From NCBI GenBank assembly GCA_964291215.2, contig OZ219790.1:1056001-1120000 (forward strand): a DNA stretch of 64,000 nucleotides, written 5' to 3'. This document shows positions 23,227 through 32,865 of the stretch, one piece after another. The notes below the pieces were generated by a model, which worked only from the letters and a program-made list of their open reading frames with translations, was not told the origin of the DNA and ran no database searches. Within the stretch, counting starts at the first letter, position 1, and the number at the start of each line of letters is the position of its first letter. Source of the stretch: Alphaproteobacteria bacterium. Its GTDB lineage: Bacteria > Pseudomonadota > Alphaproteobacteria > MPNO01 > UBA830. A program made the translations under genes and the position numbers.

Positions 23227-23437
23227 TGCGGTCCCCTTCGCCGGTATCCTGCAGCAGCGCCTTGGCGCGCTCATAGTCCTCATCGGCGACCATTACGCGA
23301 CGGGCGATGGCAGCGGCGCTGCCTTCGAGAACGCTCATGTGACTGTCGAGCACGAAGGTCTCGATCAGGTCCGCGCGAAGCATGGCCTGCACCCAGGACA
23401 GGAACACCGAGTCGTTGGTTCGTACCAGTTCCTTCAT
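23219..23437 (-). CDS. DUF2007-like small protein
   Basis: MKELVRTND...DSHMSVLEGS...RRVMV pattern, typical divergent neighbour of ispB in alphaproteobacteria. Confidence 0.8.
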   Translation of the reverse strand: MKELVRTNDSVFLSWVQAMLRADLIETFVLDSHMSVLEGSAAAIARRVMVADEDYERAKALLQDTGEGDRIV

Positions 23438-23515
23438 TTGCACATTGCCTTGACCGGACGGAGTCTGCCGCTATGTTCGACATCTCTGTCATTTCCGTCA
23501 AGGATTGCGAAGCTC

Positions 23516-24538
23516 ATGAGTTCCGTCGTTGACCTGAAGCAGATACGGCGGGACCAGTTCACGCCCTCGTTGGACGCGCTTACATCGCTGACCGCCCATG
23601 AGATGCGGCGCGTCAACCAGACGATCATCGCGCACATGGACAGTCCGGTGATCCTGATTCGCAAGGTCGCCGAACATGTCGTCGCGGCTGGCGGCAAGCG
23701 CCTTCGCCCGATGCTCACACTCGCCAGCGCCGACCTGTGCGGCTACACGGGCGAACGCCATATCGGCCTAGCCGCCTGCGTCGAGTTCATCCATACCGCG
23801 ACCCTGCTTCACGATGATGTCGTCGACGAAGACATGCTGCGCCGCGGCACCGCCAGCGCCAACGCTGTGTGGGGCAACAAGGCCAGCGTACTCGTCGGAG
23901 ACTTTCTGTTCAGTCGCGCCTTCGAACTGATGGTTGCCGATGGTGCCCTGGAAGTCCTGCGCGTCCTGTCGCAGGCGTCCTCGACGATCGCAGAGGGCGA
24001 AGTGATGCAGCTCATCACCGCCAACGATGTCGAGACGTCGGAGGCCGCCTATCTCGAGGTCATTTCTTCCAAGACGGCGAGGCTGTTTGCGGCCGCGACG
24101 GAAGTCGGCGCGATTGTCGCCGACGCTTCCAAGACCGAACGCCGGGCTCTCGAGAGTTTCGGATACAACACCGGGATTGCCTTCCAGCTTATCGACGATG
24201 TACTCGACTATTCGGCGCACCAGGCGGTTCTCGGCAAGACGGTAAGCAACGATTTCAGGGAAGGAAAGATCACCCTCCCCGTCCTGTTCGCCTACGGCGC
24301 CGCCGACAGACGGGAGCGGACATTCTGGCATCGAACGCTGGTCGACCTTGAGCAGGGAGAGGGAGATTTCGGCCACGCCCTCAAGCTGCTCGATCAGTCG
24401 GGCGCGCTCACGGGCACGATCGACCGCGCACGGGAATACGCCGCGGAGGCCCGGGCAGCTCTCGAGCAGTTTCCTGACGGCAGGATTCGGACGGCGCTCT
24501 CTGAGGCTGTCGAGTTCGTGGTCGAACGGTCCTATTGA
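23516..24538 (+). CDS. ispB: Polyprenyl (octaprenyl/decaprenyl) diphosphate synthase
   Basis: GGKRLRP, HTATLLHDDVVD, RRG, FQLIDDVLDY, EGKITLP. Confidence 0.95.
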   Translation: MSSVVDLKQIRRDQFTPSLDALTSLTAHEMRRVNQTIIAHMDSPVILIRKVAEHVVAAGGKRLRPMLTLASADLCGYTGERHIGLAACVEFIHTATLLHDDVVDEDMLRRGTASANAVWGNKASVLVGDFLFSRAFELMVADGALEVLRVLSQASSTIAEGEVMQLITANDVETSEAAYLEVISSKTARLFAAATEVGAIVADASKTERRALESFGYNTGIAFQLIDDVLDYSAHQAVLGKTVSNDFREGKITLPVLFAYGAADRRERTFWHRTLVDLEQGEGDFGHALKLLDQSGALTGTIDRAREYAAEARAALEQFPDGRIRTALSEAVEFVVERSY

Positions 24539-24802
24539 GTCTCCGCGCGCGCCCCGGCGTGACCGTCAGAAGCGCAACCGCATGCCCGCCGGGCCGGCAG
24601 CCGCAACACCGGAGGCTCATGCCACGACCGAATCGCGGAGAATATCTGGCACAACTTCCGGCGATGCAGTACCTGCCCGCACGACGCCACATGAATTGAA
24701 ATGGCCGGATGTCGTCTGGACGGAAAGGTTCTGTTGCGCGGAATTCCGGGTTCGTTGGCGCGCTGAAATCACCGAACGCGCTAGCCGGCAGCCGACACTG
24801 GC

Positions 24803-24831
24803 TTGACGCGCTTCCCGGACAACGCTAGAAA
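24803..24831 (+). promoter_or_regulatory. Sigma70-type promoter upstream of rpmB
   Basis: TTGACG-N17-TAGAAA with GCTA at -10, about 55 nt before the rpmB ATG. Confidence 0.55.
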
Positions 24832-24885
24832 CCCTGCTTTCCGGGTTGCAAAGCTTCCCCTTACCTGCCTCATTGGATCGAGACG

Positions 24886-25188
24886 ATGTCCAGACGCTGC
24901 GCGATCACCGGCAAGGGTGTCATGGCCGGCAACAATGTCAGCCATGCCCACAACAAGACACGCCGCCGGTTTCTGCCGAATTTGCAGATTACTTCACTCC
25001 TCTCCGATGCGCTCGGCTGCACGGTCCGGCTCAAGCTGTCGGTCCATGCCATACGTTCGATCGAACACAAGGGCGGCCTGGACGCCTACCTGCTCAACAC
25101 GTCCGATTCCAGACTTCCTCTGGAGGCCCGTCGCCTGAAGCGCAAGATACGCAAGGCGCACGAGGCAGCCGCGGGCGCTGCGTCCTGA
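24886..25188 (+). CDS. rpmB: 50S ribosomal protein L28
   Basis: [33 protein letters not shown]. Confidence 0.97.
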   Translation: MSRRCAITGKGVMAGNNVSHAHNKTRRRFLPNLQITSLLSDALGCTVRLKLSVHAIRSIEHKGGLDAYLLNTSDSRLPLEARRLKRKIRKAHEAAAGAAS

Positions 25189-25252
25189 CATGGTCCGGAA
25201 CCGCTTTCCGGGGCAGCGGTTCGCCGTCGCAAGAAACGACCGTTCCGTTCCG

Positions 25253-27127
25253 TCAGGCTGCTTCCCGGCGTGACCGGGCACGCCCGAAAGGCAGGTTGCG
25301 TCCGTCGTCGAACAGTTCAGTCAGGCGGTCCAGCATCGTGCCGCCAAGCTGTTCAGCATCCGTGATCGTGACCGCCTTGGCGTAATACCGCGTAACGTCG
25401 TGCCCGATGCCGATGGCGGTGAGTTCGACTTCGGGGTGCGTCTCGATCAGTTCGATGACCTCACGCAGATGGCGCTCGAGATAGTTGCCGGCGTTGACCG
25501 AAAGGGTCGAGTCGTCAACCGGTGCGCCATCCGAGATGACCATCAGGATCTTGCGCTGTTCGGGGCGGACGATGAGCCGGTTATAGGCCCAGAGCAGCGC
25601 CTCACCGTCGATATTCTCCTTGAGAAGCCCTTCGCGGAGCATCAGCCCGAGCATGCGCCGGGCGCGCCGCCACGGTGCATCGGCCGACTTGTAGATGATG
25701 TGGCGGAGATCGTTGAGCCGTCCGGGATGTGCCGGCTTGCCCTGGGCGAGCCAATGTTCGCGCGCCTGTCCGCCCTTCCACGCCCGGGTCGTGAAACCGA
25801 GAATCTCGACCTTGACGCCGCAGCGCTCCAGGGTACGGGCGAGGATATCCGCGCTCATCGCGGCGACCGTGATGGGACGGCCCCGCATCGAACCGGAGTT
25901 GTCTATCAGCAGGCTGACTATCGTGTCGCGGAAATCCGTCTCCTTCTCGACCTTGTAGGATAATGGATAGAGCGGGTTTGTGACCACGCGGGACAGACGC
26001 GCTGCATCAAGGAGCCCCTCCTCGAGATCGAACTCCCACGACCGCGACTGCTGCGCGAGGAGCAGCCGCTGCAGCCGGTTGGCAAGCCGCCCGATGACGC
26101 CCTGGAGCTTCACCAACTGCTGGTCGAGATGGTTGCGAAGCCGGTTCATCTCATCGGGATCGCAGAGTTCGGCGGCGTCGACCGTCTCGTCGAATTCGAC
26201 CGTGAAGGCGCGGTAGAAGGGCTGGCGCAGGTGCTCGGGAATGCTCCCGTCGGGCCGACGGTGATTTTCGGAGTGATCGCCGTCATCGTCGCCCATGCCC
26301 GGCATCATCTCTTCCTGGCCCTCCTCGGACATGGTCTCGTCAGCGTCCTCCATCTCCATCTCGTCAGAGTCGGGGTTGTCGGCGCCGCTCATCTCGGCCG
26401 AAACGCCCTCGGTTTCCGCATCGTCGGATTCGGAATCGCTGTCCTCCTGGTTCTCGGCATCCTCGCCCTGTTCGCCCTCCTCCTGGTCGGCAGCCTCGGC
26501 GTCCTCGTCGATCAGCTCGAGATCGACAAGCAGGTCCCTCAACGCATCGGCATAGGCCGACTGGTCCTCGACCGCGGCGCACAGGCGATCGAAGTCGGTA
26601 TTGACCTTGTCGCTGACCCAGTCGCGCCACAGCCCGACCAGCTGTTCGCCTCCTGCGGGCAGCGCCTCTCCGGTCAGCTGCTCACGGACCATGAGGCCGA
26701 TGGCCTCGGCAAGCGGCGCGTCCTCGCGCACGTTGACGCGCGTATAGCCAAAGGCATCGCAGCGATCCTCGAGCGCGATCCGCAGATTGCCGGCAACGCC
26801 AGCCATCATGCGGGCGCCGATCGCCTCGACCCGGACACGCTCGAGGGATTCGAAGACCGCGCGCGCGTTCTCTCCGCGCGGCGCGCACTGCGCATGGACC
26901 TCTTCGTCGTGAAACCGGATACGGAGCGCCATTGCGTCGGCCTCGCCGCGCAGCGAGGACTTCTCGCGTTCGGTGAATTCGCGTGACGGGACCGGAAGAC
27001 GCGCCTGATTGTCGACGAGCCGTGCCTCCGAGCCGTAGACCAGGGTGAGATCGTCGCGCTCGGAGATGGCCCGCATGGCCGCAGCGGTTATCCGGCGAAA
27101 TTCCTCGTTCGGCCCGGCGTCGCTCAT
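25253..27127 (-). CDS. cobT: Cobaltochelatase subunit CobT
   Basis: Acidic linker, v[45 protein letters not shown]. Confidence 0.95.
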   Translation of the reverse strand: MSDAGPNEEFRRITAAAMRAISERDDLTLVYGSEARLVDNQARLPVPSREFTEREKSSLRGEADAMALRIRFHDEEVHAQCAPRGENARAVFESLERVRVEAIGARMMAGVAGNLRIALEDRCDAFGYTRVNVREDAPLAEAIGLMVREQLTGEALPAGGEQLVGLWRDWVSDKVNTDFDRLCAAVEDQSAYADALRDLLVDLELIDEDAEAADQEEGEQGEDAENQEDSDSESDDAETEGVSAEMSGADNPDSDEMEMEDADETMSEEGQEEMMPGMGDDDGDHSENHRRPDGSIPEHLRQPFYRAFTVEFDETVDAAELCDPDEMNRLRNHLDQQLVKLQGVIGRLANRLQRLLLAQQSRSWEFDLEEGLLDAARLSRVVTNPLYPLSYKVEKETDFRDTIVSLLIDNSGSMRGRPITVAAMSADILARTLERCGVKVEILGFTTRAWKGGQAREHWLAQGKPAHPGRLNDLRHIIYKSADAPWRRARRMLGLMLREGLLKENIDGEALLWAYNRLIVRPEQRKILMVISDGAPVDDSTLSVNAGNYLERHLREVIELIETHPEVELTAIGIGHDVTRYYAKAVTITDAEQLGGTMLDRLTELFDDGRNLPFGRARSRREAA

Positions 27128-27134
27128 CGGACGG

Positions 27135-28157
27135 TCAGGCTGCAGTCCTGGCCAGCTTCAGTTCCGGAAGCTCGTCGCCGAAGCAGCGCTGGTAGTATTC
27201 GGCGACCGTCGAACGTTCGAGTTCGTCGCACTTGTTCAGGAACGTCATGCGGAAACCGGTGGCGATATCTCCGAATATTCTCGTGTTTTCGGCCCACGTG
27301 ATCACGGTGCGAGGCGACATGACCGTCGAAATGTCGCCGGCCATGAACCCGGCACGCGACAGTTCAGCGACGCGCACCATCGACGCGATCATCCCGCGGC
27401 CGTCCTCACTATCGTAGTTCGGCACCTTCGACAACACGATCGCGACCTCGTCGTCGTGGGGCAGGTAGTTCAGTGTCGTCACGAGGTTCCAGCGGTCGAG
27501 CTGGCCCTGATTGATCTGTTGAGTGCCATGATAGAGCCCGGTCGTGTCGCCAAGGCCGACCGTGTTGGCGGTCGCGAGAAGCCGGAAAGCCGGGTGCGGC
27601 TTGAGGACGCGGTTCTGATCGAGGAGCGTCATCTTTCCGTCCACCTCCAGCACCCGCTGGATGACAAACATCACGTCCGGCCGCCCGGCATCGTACTCGT
27701 CAAACACTAGCGCCACCGGGTTCTTGAGCGCCCACGGCAGTATGCCGTCGCGGAATTCGGTAACCTGCTTGCCATCGCGGATTACGATGGCGTCCTTGCC
27801 AATGAGGTCGATCCGGCTGATGTGGCTGTCAAGGTTGACGCGCACGCAGGGCCAGTTGAGGCGGGCAGCAACCTGCTCGATATGCGTCGACTTTCCGGTG
27901 CCGTGATAGCCCTGGATGAGGAGGCGCCGGTTGTGAGCAAAGGCCACGAGGATGGCAAGCGTCGTATCGTGATCGAAGCAGTAGGTAGTATCGAGATCGG
28001 GAACGTATTCGGTGCCCTTCCTGAAGGCCGGTATCTCCATGTCGACATCCATGTCGAAGAGTTTCCGCGCGGACACCACCGTGTCCGGACGCTCGATTTC
28101 GCCGATTTCACTAACCACTTTCTCGGTTCTGGTCTTCTTGGCTGCCATTTCCCTCAT
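27135..28157 (-). CDS. cobS: Cobaltochelatase subunit CobS (AAA+)
   Basis: [44 protein letters not shown]; start approximate. Confidence 0.95.
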   Translation of the reverse strand: MREMAAKKTRTEKVVSEIGEIERPDTVVSARKLFDMDVDMEIPAFRKGTEYVPDLDTTYCFDHDTTLAILVAFAHNRRLLIQGYHGTGKSTHIEQVAARLNWPCVRVNLDSHISRIDLIGKDAIVIRDGKQVTEFRDGILPWALKNPVALVFDEYDAGRPDVMFVIQRVLEVDGKMTLLDQNRVLKPHPAFRLLATANTVGLGDTTGLYHGTQQINQGQLDRWNLVTTLNYLPHDDEVAIVLSKVPNYDSEDGRGMIASMVRVAELSRAGFMAGDISTVMSPRTVITWAENTRIFGDIATGFRMTFLNKCDELERSTVAEYYQRCFGDELPELKLARTAA

Positions 28158-28452
28158 TTCCTCGGACCGGCCATTGCCGAATTGCCCCAGCGTGTTCGAC
28201 TTCATGCTTCGCTGGTCGCAAGAGAGCGCTGGTGCGATGGCCGCTGTCTCGCGGCGTCCGCACCGATCACGCCATGACGCAACCGGACTGCACGCTCAAC
28301 ACCGACAATTCGGTTCCCGGAATCCGGCCGCGTCCGCCGCCCGCACAGCGTGAGGCCCGAGCGCGAAGCTCTCGCACAATATGCTGCAGACGGCGTTCCG
28401 ATGCAAGATTGTCCGTCCGCCGCGGCTGCCGCGCGCAGACACCGCGGCGCGC

Positions 28453-30414
28453 TCACCTCGCCGCGGCCCGGCGTACGACCAGAATTTCGCTGCCGACCGC
28501 TGCCACGGTAATGACGAATCCGGCCGCCTCGACATAGATCGCCACCGCGAATGCCTCGGCCGGAATCAGGAGCATCATCCCGCCAGCCATGAATGCGATG
28601 CGCATGACCACGCTGAGAGGGCGCCGGAAATATCCCTGTATGCCGCAGGTCGTCACCCACACGCCGGCGACGGCGGTGACGAAGGCGAATACCACGTCCA
28701 GCGGCGCTCCCTGCATGATCAGGTTCGGTGACATGATGAACATGACCGGAACCACCAGCGCCGTCCACCCGAGGCGAACGGCCGTCACCGCGGTCGCCAT
28801 CGGCCCCGCACCCGCAAGGTTGGCGGCAACGAACGCGGCGATCGCCACCGGCGGCGTAATCAGCGACACGATCCCGAAATAGAACACGTACATGTGGGCG
28901 GCTATGGGGTTGATCCCGAGCTGGATCAATGGCGGCGCGGCAATAATCGACACCAGGAGGTAGATTGCGGTCGTGGGCATGCCCATGCCGAGGATGATGC
29001 AGATCACCGCGGTCAGCGCCAGCAGCACGACCAGGTTGCCCTCGCCCAGCCGCACCAGGGCCTGGGTGAGCGCCTCCCCGAGGCCGGTGGCGCCGAGAAT
29101 TCCGATGATCACCCCGGCCATGGCGCCTATGACAACGATCTCGCTCCCGCCGCGTACGCCGGTGTCACGAACCGCGCTGACGATCTCCAGGACACGCATC
29201 CGCCGGCCCTTGTGGCTGAAGATCCAGTTCATGACGACGACCGTCGCTCCCGACCACAGTGCAGCAGTCTCGGGCGGCCGGTTGAGCGAAAACAGCGCGT
29301 AGACCAGCACCATGAAGGGGAGGATGAAGAACCATCCCTCCTTGAAGGTCGGCCAGATTGCCGGAATGAGTTCGGACGGCACCGGCAGGATGTTCTTCTT
29401 CGCCGCTTCGAGATCGGCATAGATGAATACCGCGACATAGTAGAGAAGAGCGGGAATGACGGCCGCGATCACGACCTCGGTGTACGAGATCTCGAGAATT
29501 TCGGCCATGAGGAACGCGGCCGCGCCCATGATCGGCGGCATGATCTGGCCGCCGGTCGACGCCACCGCCTCGAAGGCCCCGGCCACCTTGGCCTCATAGC
29601 CGCCGCGCTTCATCAGCGGAATGGTGATGAGCCCGGTCGACGCAACATTGGACACGGCCGTTCCCGATATCGCGCCGAACATGCCGGACGCGATAACCGC
29701 GATCTTGGCCGAGCCGCCACGCTGGCGCCCGATCAGCGCGGTCGCGATGCTGGTCAGCCATTCCGAGGCCCCGCCCTTGAGCAGAAGCTGGCCGAAGAAA
29801 ACGAACGGCAGGACAACGATCACCACAATCGTCAGCGGCAGCCCGAGAATCGCGACGCTGTCCGCCGTCAGGGACGAGGTAAGGTACTCTAGGCTGTTCT
29901 CGCTGGCCTGCAGCATTCCCGGGACATGGTGGCCGAGGATCGCATAGGCTATGAACACCAGCATGATCGCCGTCAGGCTCCAGCCGGCGGTGCGCCGGAT
30001 CGCCTCCACGGTGAGCGGGATGAGCACAAAGCCGATCGTCGCCGCCTCGGAGCGGAGCTCGAACAGTTCGTCCTGCAGCACGGGGAAGCGAACCGCAAGG
30101 TAGGCGCCGGCGCCGAGGCCGATCACTGCAAGCGCGATGTCCCAGACCGGAACCGTCCGTTTGACAACTCCCGGGCGAAACGGTGACTTGATGAAGATGA
30201 TGCCGAGAGCAAGGCCGAGCGCAAGGGCCATGCCCTGTTCGGTAAAGATCTGCCAGCCCATCTCGAGATGGATCTGGGACGCGTAGAAAATCGGAATCAG
30301 CGCCAGGCACCCGCCCAGACACGCCACGGCTCGAGCCCAGAATTGCACGAGTTCGAGGTCGGTATCGCCCTCGCTGTGGACGACGTCAGGCCGTGCCCGT
30401 TCCGTGTTTGCCAT
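28453..30414 (-). CDS. TAXI-TRAP fused 4TM/12TM permease
   Basis: Highly hydrophobic, GAFEAVASTGGQIMPPIMGAAAF, LGMGMPT, ITPPVA. Confidence 0.92.
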   Translation of the reverse strand: MANTERARPDVVHSEGDTDLELVQFWARAVACLGGCLALIPIFYASQIHLEMGWQIFTEQGMALALGLALGIIFIKSPFRPGVVKRTVPVWDIALAVIGLGAGAYLAVRFPVLQDELFELRSEAATIGFVLIPLTVEAIRRTAGWSLTAIMLVFIAYAILGHHVPGMLQASENSLEYLTSSLTADSVAILGLPLTIVVIVVLPFVFFGQLLLKGGASEWLTSIATALIGRQRGGSAKIAVIASGMFGAISGTAVSNVASTGLITIPLMKRGGYEAKVAGAFEAVASTGGQIMPPIMGAAAFLMAEILEISYTEVVIAAVIPALLYYVAVFIYADLEAAKKNILPVPSELIPAIWPTFKEGWFFILPFMVLVYALFSLNRPPETAALWSGATVVVMNWIFSHKGRRMRVLEIVSAVRDTGVRGGSEIVVIGAMAGVIIGILGATGLGEALTQALVRLGEGNLVVLLALTAVICIILGMGMPTTAIYLLVSIIAAPPLIQLGINPIAAHMYVFYFGIVSLITPPVAIAAFVAANLAGAGPMATAVTAVRLGWTALVVPVMFIMSPNLIMQGAPLDVVFAFVTAVAGVWVTTCGIQGYFRRPLSVVMRIAFMAGGMMLLIPAEAFAVAIYVEAAGFVITVAAVGSEILVVRRAAAR

Positions 30415-30431
30415 GCCGTGAATCGCCTGTA

Positions 30432-30467
30432 CGCCATGTCCGCCGGACCGGTCCGGCGGACATGGCG
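30432..30467. repeat. Perfect 36-bp palindrome between TAXI receptor and permease genes
   Basis: CGCCATGTCCGCCGGACC followed immediately by its reverse complement GGTCCGGCGGACATGGCG. Confidence 0.85.
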
Positions 30468-30519
30468 CCGACCCGCGCCGTGGGCAGGCGGATCGAACCT
30501 GGACGGAATCCGGGCTCGC

Positions 30520-31461
30520 CTAGATGCCGGCTTCCTTGTAGAACTTCAACGCTCCCGCATGATAGGACAGACCCTGATCCTTGGGCATCCGCTTGGCGCT
30601 GAAGCTTGCCCAGATCGGGCTGACGGCATGAAGTTCCTTCTCGCTCCCGGCCAGTGCCTTGACGACCCTGTACACCGTCTCGTTCGGCACCTTGTTGTGG
30701 GTAAAGAGCATGAAGTCGTAGCCGAACAGCACGGCCGGTTCCCTGATGGCTACATAGGCCTTCTTCTTCTCCACCCGTTCATACTGGCCGCCACGAAGGT
30801 GCTTGACCGCGGTCTTGGCACCGGCGGTATCGGTATTCAGGCTGATATAACGGACACCGCTCGGAATCTTCGCATTCATATCCTTGTTCGGACCGCCGCC
30901 GACCCCCGCCATCGCGACATCGACCTTGCCCTGCTTGAACAGGTTCCAGTGCTGCCTGAGTCCGACTGCGGGCACCTGCTTGACGTCCTTCCAGGTCAGG
31001 CCGGCATTTGCCAGGAATGCGCTGAAATAGGCCTGGAACAGCGGCGCACCCTTGAAGCCGCTGGCCATGCGCTTGCCCTTGAGATCCTCGATCTTGCGGA
31101 TGTCGGTGTCGTTGCGGACCAGAAGACCGGTGCGGAACCGCACCAGCGTGGCCACAAGTTCGAGATTCTTGTAAGGCTGTTTCGAGAGATCGCGCCCATC
31201 CTTGGCCATCGTGTACTGGACGATGTTGGACAGGCCGAACTCGAGCTCCCCGGCGTCGACGACCGGAATGTACTTCTGGGTGCCGCCCATGACCTGACGG
31301 CGCATTTTCAGATCTGTCTTGTTGTTGACGATCTTGGAGATCGCAGTCGTCATGGCCGCGACCACCGAACCCTTGGTGCTGCCGATGCCGATGGTCTGCG
31401 CACCTGCCGATCCGGCCATGAACAGCGCTGTCGCGGCAGCGGTCACTATCAAACGGGTCAT
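30520..31461 (-). CDS. TAXI-family TRAP solute-binding protein
   Basis: Signal peptide ending AGA-Q, IEDLKGKR, YHAGALKFYKEAG C-terminus. Confidence 0.9.
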   Translation of the reverse strand: MTRLIVTAAATALFMAGSAGAQTIGIGSTKGSVVAAMTTAISKIVNNKTDLKMRRQVMGGTQKYIPVVDAGELEFGLSNIVQYTMAKDGRDLSKQPYKNLELVATLVRFRTGLLVRNDTDIRKIEDLKGKRMASGFKGAPLFQAYFSAFLANAGLTWKDVKQVPAVGLRQHWNLFKQGKVDVAMAGVGGGPNKDMNAKIPSGVRYISLNTDTAGAKTAVKHLRGGQYERVEKKKAYVAIREPAVLFGYDFMLFTHNKVPNETVYRVVKALAGSEKELHAVSPIWASFSAKRMPKDQGLSYHAGALKFYKEAGI

Positions 31462-32150
31462 CTGTGTTCTCCCTTGCAAGACATGCAATTCCACTGGGAC
31501 TTACAACGAATGGTTGACAACACCCGATGCACTGCTTTAGCAGCACGGCGTTGTACGTTGGCAGGGACAGTAGTACCCCGCTTGTACCATGTCGGCAACC
31601 GGCGTCAGGGAACTCTGACGCAGCCGGACGGGGAGGCAGCCGGGTTGTCTGGCTAATGAACGGTCAAGACCGCAGGGTTGTGCATTGGCACGACAGCGCG
31701 AAGGTGTCCGGAAGGTTGGGCAAGAGCCGATCAACGCTCCCGTGAAGTCCATCGCGCCCCGCCCTCACCGGTGGGGCGCTTCGTCACATCAACTTTGCGC
31801 AACTGCTCGCCCCCCTGCTACCGGGCGTGTCCTGGTACGACGCCTGATTTCCCATTGGCCGGTTCTTCAGCTGGCATGCATGGCTGTTGGCAACATGGCA
31901 TTGGCCTCGGGGAGATAGCGGAGGCGGTCTTGGGATCGAACGATGGCGGTGTCCATTTTACATCGCATCCTGGCCCGGTAGCAGTCCTGGTCACGGGCGA
32001 AATCGTACATCTGCAACATGGAATAGTCGCCGACAAGCGATGCACGATACCCTGCGGCCCCTTTTCGCGAGTTTCAATCTGAGGAATGAATATCTCATGG
32101 ATATCCTCGACGTCAAACAATGCGCACGACCTCCTATGTTTAAATATATC

Positions 32151-32863
32151 AAATTAAATTTTTGTTTTTATAAACAATTCGTAAACTTATTTCTTCCATT
32201 GTTTAGATGAATGATTTGTCAATGTGCCAGAACCCCGGATAATCACCTCCTCTCTTGATCAGAACGGCAGGTGTCGGTGGATTTTTTGCTGACAACAGCG
32301 ACATGGGGCAAAGGGGCCGATCCCTTCCAAAAGGAAGCCGGATCAAGTTCATTCGCCGTCCGATGCGCTGGTTGGCTAAAGCGGTGGGAATGGTGTTCGA
32401 TGATTATATCGTCTTCAGTGCGCTGCTCGGTCAGAGCTCGAGCAAGCGGAGATTGCGAGAGTCTCTTTTGCAGACTGTCGAAGCTCATCCCGCGGAGCTG
32501 GAACAGGAGCATCAGGTCACGATCAAGCAGGGAAGCAATCTTGTAGTACACCCCAGCCACGTGTTTGCAGGGCGATGCCCGATCCGGACATGAACATGTG
32601 CTGATCAACTCACCAGAATCATGCGGTAACAGGCTTTTGCCCGTTTCGACAGACACCTTGTAACGCGGTTCCTTGTAGACGCCGAAATACGGGTTGATAT
32701 TCCCACGCATCACCGCTCGCACCTTGCTGCCCGCAATCTCGAATTCCAGCAACCGGTTCGGGCCGGAATATGACCGGCCGCGTCGCAAACGACCTTCGTC
32801 CATGCACCCCTCCAGGACGTCCAGGAAGACCTCGCCCCACCATGTTCTGCTCTTTCTGACCAT
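32151..32863 (-). pseudogene. SWIM zinc-finger protein, degraded (apparent internal in-frame deletion, frameshift near A6 run at 32282-32287, premature TAA)
   Basis: RTWWG, GRLRRGRSY, CSCPD..PCKHVAGVYY SWIM motif; alternate frame continues PAVLIKRGGDYPGFWHIDKSFI*TMEEISLRIVYKNKNLI. Confidence 0.75.
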
Positions 32864-32865
32864 GA

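Noticed and set aside
25253-28157. cobS-cobT without cobN
   Set aside because: Separation of cobST from cobN is the normal arrangement in alphaproteobacteria.
31867-32019. 50-aa minus ORF MLQMYDFARDQDCYRARM resembling a GST N-terminus; also the Cys-rich ORF 31818-32120
   Set aside because: Resemblance limited to about 18 residues; cannot be supported without a search.
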